Shown here one piece after another: positions 38,109 to 47,807 of a stretch of DNA of 64,000 nucleotides (its first letter is position 1; every line of letters begins with the position of its first letter). This DNA comes from an uncultured candidate division Zixibacteria bacterium (GTDB lineage: Bacteria; Zixibacteria; MSB-5A5; RBG-16-43-9): the NCBI GenBank assembly GCA_963713865.1, contig OY970208.1, forward strand, positions 1,824,001 to 1,888,000. The letters are read 5' to 3'. Position numbers and translations under genes: made by a program. The notes under the pieces are model-generated. The model was not told where the DNA came from and did no database searches. It was given only the letters and a program-made list of their open reading frames with translations.

Positions 38109-39161
38109 ATGGTCTTAGGAAAAAAGGGTAGAACGGTAGCGGGACTGGATATAGGTGCCAGCTCTATTAAATTAATCAAGTTTGAAGAAAAAGGTGGGGC
38201 TTATATTCTGAGGGCTATGGGTATCAGGGAGATTCCACCGAACGCAATTGTGGATGAGGAGATCAAAGATCGGGATACTCTGATCTATAACATTCAATCG
38301 TTGATCGATCAGTGTGATCCCAGGATAAAAGAGGTAGCTATAGCGGTAGCAGGGCATGGGGTGTTGAATGATAAATTAACTATGGATAAGAAATCAGGTA
38401 GCGAAGCAGAACAGGCTATCCTTTTTGAAGCTGAACAGAGAAGCCCTTTTGATGTAGACGATGTAAGTTTAGATTATCATATTATTAAGGTGAGTGAGGA
38501 TATCAATAAGATGGATGTCTTATTGGTAGCCGCTCGTAAAGATTTTTTACAATCCTATATAGATTTAATCCTGGATGCCGGGCTAAAGCCGGTATTAGTG
38601 GATACCGAAACTTTAGCCCTGTTGAATGCTTATGAGATAAATTATGAGATGAATCCCGAAAAAGTAACCGTTTTGATAAATATTGGATTTGATACCATCA
38701 ATTTAACTTTTATCAAAGATGGAGTTTATAATTCTGCCAGGGATATTTCCTCCGGGACTCGTTTGATATACGAATCGATAATGAAGGAATTCCGTCTTAA
38801 TCCGGAGTTAGCTCAAAAAACTCTTAAAGGAGAAATGGGGAATTCCATTGACCAGGATATGCTGAAAGCCACAGTGGTAACTTCGTCTGAGGAGTTAATC
38901 TCCGGGCTAGAAGTTGCTCTATCCTACTTCAAATCTTCAGCCAAGGTTTCCAATGTGGACTGGATAGTTATGAGTGGAGGAGGAACTTTAATTCCTTTCC
39001 TACCGGAGTTCATCCAGTCGAAGTTAAATATAACGGTGGAAATAGTTAATCCTTTAAGAAATATAGAATATGATCCAGATATTTTCAGACAAGTCCAGCC
39101 GGAGAAAATAGCACCGCTTTTAACCATTGCGGTTGGATTAGCTGCAAGGAAGGTAAAGTAA
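38109..39161 (+). CDS. pilM: Type IV pilus assembly protein PilM
   Basis: GLDIGASSIK, VLLVAA, SGGG, AVGLAAR. Confidence 0.95.
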   Translation: MVLGKKGRTVAGLDIGASSIKLIKFEEKGGAYILRAMGIREIPPNAIVDEEIKDRDTLIYNIQSLIDQCDPRIKEVAIAVAGHGVLNDKLTMDKKSGSEAEQAILFEAEQRSPFDVDDVSLDYHIIKVSEDINKMDVLLVAARKDFLQSYIDLILDAGLKPVLVDTETLALLNAYEINYEMNPEKVTVLINIGFDTINLTFIKDGVYNSARDISSGTRLIYESIMKEFRLNPELAQKTLKGEMGNSIDQDMLKATVVTSSEELISGLEVALSYFKSSAKVSNVDWIVMSGGGTLIPFLPEFIQSKLNITVEIVNPLRNIEYDPDIFRQVQPEKIAPLLTIAVGLAARKVK

Positions 39162-39162
39162 G

Positions 39163-39864
39163 ATGATAGAGATAAATTTACTTCCCAAGGAGTTAAGAAA
39201 AAGAAGAGGAATATTTACTCTAAAGAAAAACACTGCCTATATTTTTGGCGCAGGAGGAGTATTAATTATCCTTCTGATCTTTATAAGTATCTTGCAAGGG
39301 ATAAGGCTTCAAGGTTTAAACCGGAAAATAGCTGAAGCTCAGAAAAGAAAAGAAGGGCTTAAAGAAAGTATCCAGCTGGTGGATGCCCTGACCGAGCTTA
39401 AGAGTAAAATCTTAATGCGCCTTTCCGCCATCGAGTCTCTGGATAGAGATCGCTCCACCTGGATTGACGTTATGGAGGATTTAAGCTCAAGAGTTCCTGA
39501 TTATCTATGGCTTTCTTCTTTTAAAGAGACTCCTCCAGTTGCTCCTCTAGTTCCTAAGGTTCAGACAACAGAAGAAGGAGCAGTCGATACTGTTAAAGTG
39601 ACTCAACCTCAAGCACCACCTGTGTTAAGTCGAAAAGTCATCATTGAAGGTTACACCTTTTCTCTTAATAGCTTAGCTACTTTAATATTAAACCTGATGA
39701 GATCAAACTATTTTAATAATATAGAGTTAAATTACGTGAAATCGGCTGAGCTGGAGAAGCAGAAAACTTACAGCTTTCAGCTAACCAGTGACCTTTTCTA
39801 TGCCAGCCAGATCGATACTCAGAAGGAGCTAGCACTAAATCAAACCGGGTTATCTTCCCCTTAA
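39163..39864 (+). CDS. pilN: PilN
   Basis: MIEINLLP, TM helix, coiled coil, P-x-x-x-WL. Confidence 0.93.
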   Translation: MIEINLLPKELRKRRGIFTLKKNTAYIFGAGGVLIILLIFISILQGIRLQGLNRKIAEAQKRKEGLKESIQLVDALTELKSKILMRLSAIESLDRDRSTWIDVMEDLSSRVPDYLWLSSFKETPPVAPLVPKVQTTEEGAVDTVKVTQPQAPPVLSRKVIIEGYTFSLNSLATLILNLMRSNYFNNIELNYVKSAELEKQKTYSFQLTSDLFYASQIDTQKELALNQTGLSSP

Positions 39865-39896
39865 TAAGGGGATTTGACAGTTTTTAGGAGGATGAA

Positions 39897-40487
39897 ATGG
39901 ATTTAAAAGATCCAAAGATCCAGAAGATACTTTTGGTAGCATTGGTCGCCTTTTTGGCAATTTATTTTTGGTATGCTAGGATTTATTCTCTGAATATTCA
40001 GAAAATAAACCAGAAACAAGCAGAATATGAGATGCTCCTTACCAATTTGAAAAACGTAGAGATGAAAGCCAAAAGTTTTCAAAACCTTAAAGCTGAATAT
40101 GAAAGCCTGCTTTCGAGATATAAACAGGTGGAGCTGCTTTTACCTGAAGAAAAACAGATCCCCTTATTTTTGACCCAGTTGCAGGCGGCCTCTCAGAACT
40201 CAGAGGCTAAAATAATTCAGATCTTACCTCAAGGCCTAATGCCAATTACTTTTTACAATGCCGCATATTTTGCTTTGGAGTTCAAAGGGAATTACGAGGA
40301 TGTAGGGACTTTTTTCGCCAGCGTAGCTAATTTTCCATTTTTGACCAATATCACTGATGTCAGCTTCTCCGGCTTACCAAAAGATGAGGTGAAGAAGGAA
40401 AAGAGCACCATTGCAATTTCCTGTAAATTAACCACCTATTTTATAAAAGAAGAGGAGAAACTTAAGAAGGTAGAATTTCCAAAATAG
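39897..40487 (+). CDS. pilO: PilO
   Basis: TM helix, coiled coil, LLPEEKQIP, G-x-Y; position in operon. Confidence 0.92.
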   Translation: MDLKDPKIQKILLVALVAFLAIYFWYARIYSLNIQKINQKQAEYEMLLTNLKNVEMKAKSFQNLKAEYESLLSRYKQVELLLPEEKQIPLFLTQLQAASQNSEAKIIQILPQGLMPITFYNAAYFALEFKGNYEDVGTFFASVANFPFLTNITDVSFSGLPKDEVKKEKSTIAISCKLTTYFIKEEEKLKKVEFPK

Positions 40488-40496
40488 GAAGATTCC

Positions 40497-41672
40497 ATGA
40501 AACAGAATAAACTCTGGTTTGGAATTATAATAAGTGCGATATTTTTACTGAGTCCTTTTGCTCTTCTTTGGGCAGATAGTAGTATTCAGAACATTACTCT
40601 CCAAAGGGAAGGAGACTATACTAAGATAACCATCTTAGCGGACGCACCTTTTCAATTTAATCATTTTATTGAGGAGAAAAAGGAGGGGAAGCCTTATCGG
40701 ATTGTGATCGACTGTTTGAATGCAGTGAATTCTCTACCGCAGGGAAGTTTCCTACAGCTCCCTTCTGGTACGATTACCGCAATCCGCACAAGTCAATACC
40801 AAACCTCTCCGGATAAGATCTGTCGGATTGTTCTGGACCTCAAAAATCCAGCGGTATATAAGGTGATGGATGAGACTGGGAAAAAGGGTGTCATATTGGC
40901 GCTTTCAACTCCTCAGGAACCAGTATATCCTCTGTGGAGTGCAGTTCAGGAAAAATCCTTTAAAAGCGGACAAAAAACTCCTGAGTCAATTGAAACCAAG
41001 CCAGTTCAGTCCGAATCTAAATCCAAAATTGTGGAAAAACCCACAAAAACTACTATTGCTTCAAAAGAAAAACCTATAGAGAAACCTAAAAAAGAGTTAG
41101 CCGTTTCAACCGAAAAAGAGAAGGATATAAAGCTATCTCAAAAAACAGAAGTTACCCCCTCTGAGAAAGTGAAAATTCCGGATAAACCTGTTCCGCCGAT
41201 AAAAAAAGAAAAGCAGAAAGAGATACCCGTAACAACAGAACAACCCAAAACTACCGACTCTGAAAAAACTGAAGCTGCAGAGGTAGATAGCTCGAAGAAA
41301 GAGCCTTCAGTAAATATAGCTGGTAAAGTAATAGAAGAAGTTCCAAAAAGAAAAATACTGGTCTATCATAGCGGGGAAAGAAAAGACCCTTTTTCACCTT
41401 TAACTGAGAAAAAGAATTTCTCAATGGGTGCACCTCCTCTCCCCAGTATTGAGGAGCTTAAGCTGGTGGGTATCTTAGAAGATCATAATGGATTTAAGGC
41501 GCTTTTAGAAAATGAACTGGGCTATGGTTATATTTTGCAAACAGGGGATCGGATAAGAAATGGGTCTGTGGTATCCATAGATAAAGAAAGGATAATCTTT
41601 CAAATCCAGGAATATGGATTTACTAAAAATATAGCTTTAGAGCTTTTCACACCTAATCAGGAAGAGAGGTAG
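40497..41672 (+). CDS. AMIN domain + K/E/P-rich linker + PilP-like domain
   Basis: SPase I signal; PYRIVID...IRTSQY...RIVLDL (AMIN); RKDPF...LKLVGIL...GDRI (PilP); lies between pilO and pilQ. Confidence 0.8.
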   Translation: MKQNKLWFGIIISAIFLLSPFALLWADSSIQNITLQREGDYTKITILADAPFQFNHFIEEKKEGKPYRIVIDCLNAVNSLPQGSFLQLPSGTITAIRTSQYQTSPDKICRIVLDLKNPAVYKVMDETGKKGVILALSTPQEPVYPLWSAVQEKSFKSGQKTPESIETKPVQSESKSKIVEKPTKTTIASKEKPIEKPKKELAVSTEKEKDIKLSQKTEVTPSEKVKIPDKPVPPIKKEKQKEIPVTTEQPKTTDSEKTEAAEVDSSKKEPSVNIAGKVIEEVPKRKILVYHSGERKDPFSPLTEKKNFSMGAPPLPSIEELKLVGILEDHNGFKALLENELGYGYILQTGDRIRNGSVVSIDKERIIFQIQEYGFTKNIALELFTPNQEER

Positions 41673-41677
41673 ATGTT

Positions 41678-43000
41678 ATGTGGAATAATAATCTGAAGCC
41701 CAGAAAAATAATCTTACTCCTCACTGCCTGGCTTTTAATTTTCTTTGCTCTCCAGGCTTTAGGACAGCAGGAGAAGGTTTTGAAATCGCTTACCCTGCAG
41801 AATGCAGAGGTTCATTCGGTTATGAGCTTCTTAGCTGAAGAGGGCAGAACCAATATCGTTGTCGCTCCTACGGTATCAGGAACTGTTACCTTAAGCCTGA
41901 AGGGAGTTACCTGGAGGCAGGCACTGGAAATAGTTACCAAAACTTATAATCTGGCTACGGTAGAGGAACCAGGTTATATCAGAGTACTTCCCCTGCAGGA
42001 TTATATGAATGAATTGACCATTACCCAAAAACATGAGGCTGATCAGAAAACTTTAGTTAGCTTACAGACTGAGATAATCCCAGTGAAAAATGGCACAGCG
42101 GCTGACCTGATTAAACCTCTTAAAGCTTCTCTTTCCGAAAGAGGGACTGTGGATGTGGACCAGAGAACAAATTCTCTTGTCGTCCGGGATATCCCGGAGA
42201 ATGTTGCCCGGGCAAAAGAAATGGTTAAGGCTTTAGACACAGAGACGGACCAGATAAAAATTTCTGCTCAACTTTTAGAAGTGGAAACAGGCTTATTAAA
42301 TGAATTAGGAGTTGACTGGTCAGTCATCCCCAGTTTAAAGGGAAGTGCTGATGGGACCATACATAGTGAGATGGAAATCAATCAGAAAGGGAACCAGCTC
42401 GCAGATGAGGATAAGATTGGTAACTTTACATACAGTACTGTTCAAAAGGATTTTAACCTGGATGCAACTGTTTCAGCTATGGTAAAAAACAATAAAGCCA
42501 AGATGGTCGCTCATCCTGAGATTACCACTTTGGATAACAAAGAAGCATTTATTCAGATGGGTCAAAAGGTTCCTATCAAACAATTCGATGCCTCCGGAAA
42601 TACAGTTATAACATTTGTTGAGGTTGGAACTATCCTAAGGGTTGTTCCTCATATAACCTCTGAGGGAAGAATATTAATGAAGCTCAGTCCAGAGAGGAGC
42701 TCTTATCAGTATGACGCCAATGGCGTGATTATCAATACAAATAACGCCGAGACCAACGTGGTTGTAGATGATGGGCAGACCGCAGTGATCGGAGGATTAA
42801 CCACCCAGGAAGAGACAAAGCTGCAGAAAGGCATTCCAATACTTAAGAATATTCCGTTGCTAGGATACCTGTTCAGTTATACTAAAAAAGAGATCGTGAA
42901 TCATGACCTGGTTATCTTCGTGACTCCGACTGTAGTTACCAGCGAGCTGAAGGGGTTAAAATCCAGCCTGGACACAAGAGCAGGTGCTAAGTCTGAATAA
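41678..43000 (+). CDS. pilQ: Type IV pilus secretin without AMIN domains
   Basis: N0 domain, VDQRTNSLVV, TLDNKEA-x-I-x-x-G, DGQTAVIGGL, IPLLGYLF, IFVTP. Confidence 0.93.
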   Translation: MWNNNLKPRKIILLLTAWLLIFFALQALGQQEKVLKSLTLQNAEVHSVMSFLAEEGRTNIVVAPTVSGTVTLSLKGVTWRQALEIVTKTYNLATVEEPGYIRVLPLQDYMNELTITQKHEADQKTLVSLQTEIIPVKNGTAADLIKPLKASLSERGTVDVDQRTNSLVVRDIPENVARAKEMVKALDTETDQIKISAQLLEVETGLLNELGVDWSVIPSLKGSADGTIHSEMEINQKGNQLADEDKIGNFTYSTVQKDFNLDATVSAMVKNNKAKMVAHPEITTLDNKEAFIQMGQKVPIKQFDASGNTVITFVEVGTILRVVPHITSEGRILMKLSPERSSYQYDANGVIINTNNAETNVVVDDGQTAVIGGLTTQEETKLQKGIPILKNIPLLGYLFSYTKKEIVNHDLVIFVTPTVVTSELKGLKSSLDTRAGAKSE

Positions 43001-43022
43001 GACCTAAACCCATCTTTTTTCT

Positions 43023-43054
43023 AAAGGCTTCCTTCTTGAGAAGGAAGCCTTTTT
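43023..43054. terminator. Bidirectional intrinsic terminator
   Basis: AAAGGCTTCCTTCT-TG-AGAAGGAAGCCTTT between convergent genes. Confidence 0.85.
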
Positions 43055-44267
43055 ATTTTCTAATTAATTCTTTTAATTGCCCAATTTGTTGCTTTGCAAA
43101 AAAATTGTCAGGGTTTATCTCAACTGATTTTTCATAATTAGCTAATGCTAGTTCGAATTGCTTGTTTTTTATATACGCATCAGCTAAAATATCATATGCA
43201 TTCCAAGATTTGGGAGATGCCTTTACATTTAATTTAAAAACAGATATTGCTGCTACATATTTCTTTTTGTCTAACCAAGCAGTACCAATTTCATTAATTT
43301 TATCTTCAAATTTACAAATCAACTTTACATCCTTACAAAAAAGGGTGTTAACAACATTACTATATCTTACGGAATCATTTACGATGTCTTCATTTTTGAA
43401 TAAGTCTATCTCATTACTTATTTCATTGTAATCATTTAAAAATTCCATCCCTTTGTTATTCCCGGGAAATAGTTTGGGAATAACCAGAATATGATCACCC
43501 TTTTCAAATTCTTGAGTTAAATTAAATTTCACAACATAATTATAATCATGAAAGGAATATAAATAGATAATACCATCTTTCAAATCATACAAGGTTGTAT
43601 ATAGTGTTCCTCCTCCCCATTTCGTTTCCTGATGCATCGTGTCCATTACAGAAGCACAGAAGCTAATGCTTGTATCCCTACAACTTTCTAATAATCTTTT
43701 TCCTTTTTGATAGATAGGAATATTAATTTTGCTTTCGTCTTTAACTTGAGAAGGATAGAAATTTGATAAAACATAATATTGATTATTTCCAGAGATGAGC
43801 GAATCTCCTTCAACAATAAGGTATTTGCCTGTTTTATCGATAAATAAAAACATAGATGTTTCCAAACCAGTTAAATTGTATTGGGCAAAATATTTTTTTA
43901 CATCATCAACAGTAGTACATTTTTTCATTATATCTTTTAAAAAATCTGCCTTAAGCTCTTTTTTACCCAAGGTATCATTTATAGCTAAATATGGCATTGC
44001 GAAACCATCAAATACAAGACCGGCCTGATTCATCCCTCCTTGCGGCCAAAAATCATTATATCCAACAAAGGCGACTCCATATTCATGGCCTTTTCCTCGT
44101 TCAAACCAAATTCGAGTATTTGGATTCCAATAATCTTCATTATTACCAACAATTGTTTTACCATACATTGTTATTTTAAACATGCTACAACCGTATGCAT
44201 TTTGGATTAAAGCAAACGAAAAGATTGAAATTACAAGAAAAATAATAATTAACTTATTTTGTTTCAT
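43053..44267 (-). CDS. Secreted Ntn-hydrolase (choloylglycine hydrolase/C45-like) with C-terminal TPR
   Basis: Signal peptide then Cys (AYG|CSMF), GNNED, GGMNQAGL; TPR tail; visibly more AT-rich than neighbours. Confidence 0.8.
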   Translation of the reverse strand: MKQNKLIIIFLVISIFSFALIQNAYGCSMFKITMYGKTIVGNNEDYWNPNTRIWFERGKGHEYGVAFVGYNDFWPQGGMNQAGLVFDGFAMPYLAINDTLGKKELKADFLKDIMKKCTTVDDVKKYFAQYNLTGLETSMFLFIDKTGKYLIVEGDSLISGNNQYYVLSNFYPSQVKDESKINIPIYQKGKRLLESCRDTSISFCASVMDTMHQETKWGGGTLYTTLYDLKDGIIYLYSFHDYNYVVKFNLTQEFEKGDHILVIPKLFPGNNKGMEFLNDYNEISNEIDLFKNEDIVNDSVRYSNVVNTLFCKDVKLICKFEDKINEIGTAWLDKKKYVAAISVFKLNVKASPKSWNAYDILADAYIKNKQFELALANYEKSVEINPDNFFAKQQIGQLKELIRK

Positions 44268-44335
44268 GATCTCAAGTTTCTTGATAAATGGGTGCTAACC
44301 AGTGTGTAATGGCATGGTATTTATTTCGCTTTTGA

Positions 44336-44475
44336 CTACTGGATCTCTTGATCCAGTGGACTTGTAATCTTTCCAGGTGTCTGTTTACTGACAGGAGTGT
44401 AAATTTAGCCGTTTCTGAACTAGCATGCCCAAATATTTCCTGAATGTATCTTAAATCCGTTCCACTTTCAAGATC
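44336..44475 (-). pseudogene. C-terminal remnant of a tyrosine recombinase (integron-integrase-like)
   Basis: LESGTDLRYIQEIFGHASSETA / frameshift / IYTPVSKQTPGKITSPLDQEIQ*. Confidence 0.8.
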
Positions 44476-44791
44476 CGTAGATCAGGAACTCTGGCTCTTG
44501 ACCTATGGACTCTGGGTATAATATAATCTATTTAATGAACCATTCCTCTTTTTATAGTATCAGTATAAAATCACTCATGCCCTTAGTCAAGAAAAATATT
44601 TGTGTTTTTGTCCTCCATCATTTACAAATTTCTTCCTGAAGAAAAGATAAGGACATTAATAATAACATTCAAAATGAGATGTGAGAAATATTACTTGAAA
44701 AATTTACGTGACCGAGCAGAAATTATTACGCCGCTGGATGATATCATCCAGTGCGAGCAAGGGTTTCGTTTACGCAGGCTAAAGCCAGCGG

Positions 44792-45136
44792 CTACCTTTG
44801 AGAAGGAGTCCAGAGATAAAGCTCGAAATCTATAATGTCATTTTTGTCGAACTTTAGGCTTTCTCTCCTTATTAGCCCTTTTTGTATTTCGTAACCAGAG
44901 TTTAGTTTCAAAGATATTTTTCCTTCACGGTTGACTACCCTGCGCCAGGGTTATTTATCTTTTCGACTGGATGAATTTAGTATCCATACAACCTGGCGAG
45001 AGGCACAGGGATGACCTGCATAAACTGCAATCTGACCGTAGGGGGCAACTTTACCCTGAGGTATCTTTTTGATGATTTCTTTTACTCGCTGGGTGAAAGA
45101 AAAGGTTTGGGATATTCTTGGTGAAGTCATTTTCAT
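44792..45136 (-). pseudogene. Alkyltransferase-like (MGMT/Atl family) gene with in-frame TAA
   Basis: KIPQGKVAPYGQIA...SRQV...KDK*PWRRVVNREGKISL...EIQKGL...W; stop at 44951-44953. Confidence 0.8.
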
Positions 45137-45175
45137 TTTAACTAAGCATGAATATCTACTGATATCCTAACTTTA

Positions 45176-45277
45176 GGCATAGGCAAGATGCCTGTGCCAC
45201 CATATTTAGAGTGACTGCAATCTCGGGCGAGGGCGGATTAGCCTGACCCTTGCGACCCTGAAAGGGTTGCGCTACGA
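45176..45277 (-). repeat. Two REP-like hairpins
   Basis: gcataggc-aagat-gcctgtgc-cacc and gcgaccct-gaa-agggttgc-gctac. Confidence 0.6.
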
Positions 45278-45440
45278 AAGCTTAAGATCAAACGAATTGA
45301 TTAACCTTTAGCCTTCGAAGAAAAATGTGTATAGAGTCACTTTCAAAAAGTCTACTCTTGATTTATTAAGTTGAATGCTAACTTATCAATAACAAGTAAA
45401 TAAATTATCAATTTGTCAATTAAAAAGTCCTCAATTTTTA

Positions 45441-45469
45441 TTGACAAGTTTCTTATTATATACTAAATT
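45441..45469 (+). promoter_or_regulatory. Sigma70-like promoter
   Basis: TTGACA-N17-TAAATT, same boxes as at purF. Confidence 0.55.
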
Positions 45470-45527
45470 GCCTTAGTTTTAAAACTCTTTTCCCGCAGGA
45501 TCCAAATTTGGACCGGAGGTTAAGGAA

Positions 45528-46607
45528 TTGAATTATGCAGTTATTTTAGCTGGTGGGAAGGGGGAGAGGTTCTGGCCTCTTTCCAGGATAGGTCATCCTA
45601 AACAACTGTTAGAGATAACCTCAAATAAAACCATGCTCCAGGAAACTATCGATCGGGTTAGCGATTTTATTCCCATAGAGAAGACCTTGATTGTTACTGG
45701 AGAGAATTTAAAAGATATTATACTGGAGAAGGTAAAAGTATTGAAAGAGAAGAATCTCTTAATTGAACCAGAGGTAAGAAATACCTGTTTGGCTATTGGA
45801 GTTGCAGCGGTCCATCTAAAAAATATCAATCCATCCGCTACAATGGTAGTTCTCTCTTCAGACCATTATATCCAGAACAAAGAAAAACTGCAAAAAGTGC
45901 TAAAAGCTGGCTCAGAAGTAGCCAATCAAGGAGAATATCTCATAACCCTAGGCATAATCCCTACTAGAGCTGAGACTGCTTACGGATATATTGAGTTTTC
46001 AGACCTCTTTACCACCGTGGAAGACATACTGGTTTACCGGATTAACCGTTTTAAGGAGAAGCCAAACCGCATGACAGCTCAGAAATATTATTATGATCGA
46101 AAACATCTCTGGAACAGCGGGATATTTATATGGACTGCAGATACAATCCTTAAAACATTGCAAAGACATATGCCAGACCTTTATCATGAATTAAATCTAT
46201 ATGCTAAGGAGATAGGTACAAAGAACCAGGTGAATGCACTTAAAGACTTATATTCCAAAGCAGAAAATATATCTATCGATTGTGCAGTTCTGGAAAAAGC
46301 AGATAATGTTTTAACCATAAAAGCGGATTTAATCTGGGATGATATCGGTTCCTGGTTGGCTTTAGAAAGAATCAAGGAAAGGGACCGGGAGAATAACGTG
46401 ATCATAGGAAAAGCGCAAGCGACTAGTACCTATGAAACAACAATCGTCAATGATGGGCCAGGGATAATTGCGACTTTGGGAGTTTCCGATCTGGTTATCG
46501 TTAGAACCAATGATATTGTTTTTGTAGCCCATAAGACCAAAGCTCAGGATATTAAAGAATTACTTCAGAAGTTTGCCTCGGATAAAAATATGGATGAATA
46601 TCTCTAA
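45528..46607 (+). CDS. manC: Mannose-1-phosphate guanylyltransferase
   Basis: LAGG-x-GERFWPLSR...PKQ, EP-x-x-RNT, SDH, FKEKP, WNSGIF, W-x-D-x-GSW. Confidence 0.93.
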   Translation: MNYAVILAGGKGERFWPLSRIGHPKQLLEITSNKTMLQETIDRVSDFIPIEKTLIVTGENLKDIILEKVKVLKEKNLLIEPEVRNTCLAIGVAAVHLKNINPSATMVVLSSDHYIQNKEKLQKVLKAGSEVANQGEYLITLGIIPTRAETAYGYIEFSDLFTTVEDILVYRINRFKEKPNRMTAQKYYYDRKHLWNSGIFIWTADTILKTLQRHMPDLYHELNLYAKEIGTKNQVNALKDLYSKAENISIDCAVLEKADNVLTIKADLIWDDIGSWLALERIKERDRENNVIIGKAQATSTYETTIVNDGPGIIATLGVSDLVIVRTNDIVFVAHKTKAQDIKELLQKFASDKNMDEYL

Positions 46608-47280
46608 AGACCAGCTTATTTCTGCGGTGAAAAAAACTGAGATTTTAAAACTCTCTAAGGAAAAACAGCTAAAGAAAATACTCCGACAGGCAACCGAGGT
46701 TATTAAAAAAGGTGGGGTGGTAGCATTTCCCACAGAAACAGTTTATGCCTTAGGGGCGGACGCAATGAACAAGGATGCTGTGAAAAAAATATTTCGCTTA
46801 AAAAGAAGAGGTGCTAACAAACCAATTGCCATCTTTCTTTCAAAACCGGAAGAATTGAGTAAATTCGTTAAAGTCATAACTTCTCCAGCTAAAAGATTGA
46901 TAAAATATTTTTGGCCCGGACCTTTAACTTTAATCTTTAAATCAAAACCTGGAAAGCTGATTTATCTAACTGGTAAAGAAGAGAAAATAGGGATTAGGGT
47001 TTCTTCTTCAAAGACAGTCCAATCTCTTTTACGCCAAACCAAAACACCTCTTACCGCTACCAGTGCTAATTTGTCAGGGCTGAAAGGGTCGCTTTCTGCT
47101 TTTGAAGTCTTGAAAGGTTTTAGCGGGAAAATAGCGCTTGTCTTGGATGGAGGTCCTTCAGAGGAAGCCGCTCCATCAAGCGTAGTCGATGTCTGCGGAG
47201 ATACACCAATTCTAATTAGAGAAGGGCGTATCTCTTTTGAGGAAATAAAAAAAATAGCTCCGGAGTTGAAAAGAAAATAA
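46594..47280 (+). CDS. tsaC: L-threonylcarbamoyladenylate synthase (Sua5/YrdC)
   Basis: PTETVY, K-x-R, WPGPLT, TSANLSG. Confidence 0.93.
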   Translation: MNISKDQLISAVKKTEILKLSKEKQLKKILRQATEVIKKGGVVAFPTETVYALGADAMNKDAVKKIFRLKRRGANKPIAIFLSKPEELSKFVKVITSPAKRLIKYFWPGPLTLIFKSKPGKLIYLTGKEEKIGIRVSSSKTVQSLLRQTKTPLTATSANLSGLKGSLSAFEVLKGFSGKIALVLDGGPSEEAAPSSVVDVCGDTPILIREGRISFEEIKKIAPELKRK

Positions 47281-47297
47281 TAAATGGCTTAATAGAT

Positions 47298-47807
47298 ATG
47301 GAGAACAAGAAGTCTGAATTCAAGATCTTATTCGTCTGTACGGGAAATACCTGTCGCAGCCCAATGGCAGAGGGGATCTTAAAGAAGCTCTTGGCTGAAA
47401 GAGGAATGAAAAATATCCAGGTGAGCTCAGCCGGGATTTCTGCTCTGGATGGCTATCCGGCGGCTTTATTTGCGATTGAAGCTGCCAAAGTTTGGGAGAT
47501 AAATTTGGAAGAGCATTACTCCAGAAAACTGACTCCGGATATGCTGAAAGAATCAGACCTGATCCTGGTTATGTCTAAAGAACATTTAAAACATATCGAG
47601 AAGGTGGATCGAAAATCTTTGGAGAAAAGTTATCTGCTGAAAGCGTTTCCTCTTAGAAATGAAGATGATAATTTAGCCATTAAAGACCCGATTGGCTGTT
47701 CCTTAGAAGAATATAATCAATGTTTTTTTGAATTAGATGAGGAGATTAAGAGAATCCTTCCTGAAATTATCAGTCTCTACGAGAAAAAAAATGAGAAAGA
47801 AGAATAA
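47298..47807 (+). CDS. Low-molecular-weight protein phosphatase (YwlE-like)
   Basis: CTGNTCRSPMAE P-loop, SAG, DP. Confidence 0.92.
   Translation: MENKKSEFKILFVCTGNTCRSPMAEGILKKLLAERGMKNIQVSSAGISALDGYPAALFAIEAAKVWEINLEEHYSRKLTPDMLKESDLILVMSKEHLKHIEKVDRKSLEKSYLLKAFPLRNEDDNLAIKDPIGCSLEEYNQCFFELDEEIKRILPEIISLYEKKNEKEE

Noticed and set aside
44602-44835. 77-aa ORF
   Set aside because: No motif or RBS; overlaps a REP and the antisense of the atl pseudogene
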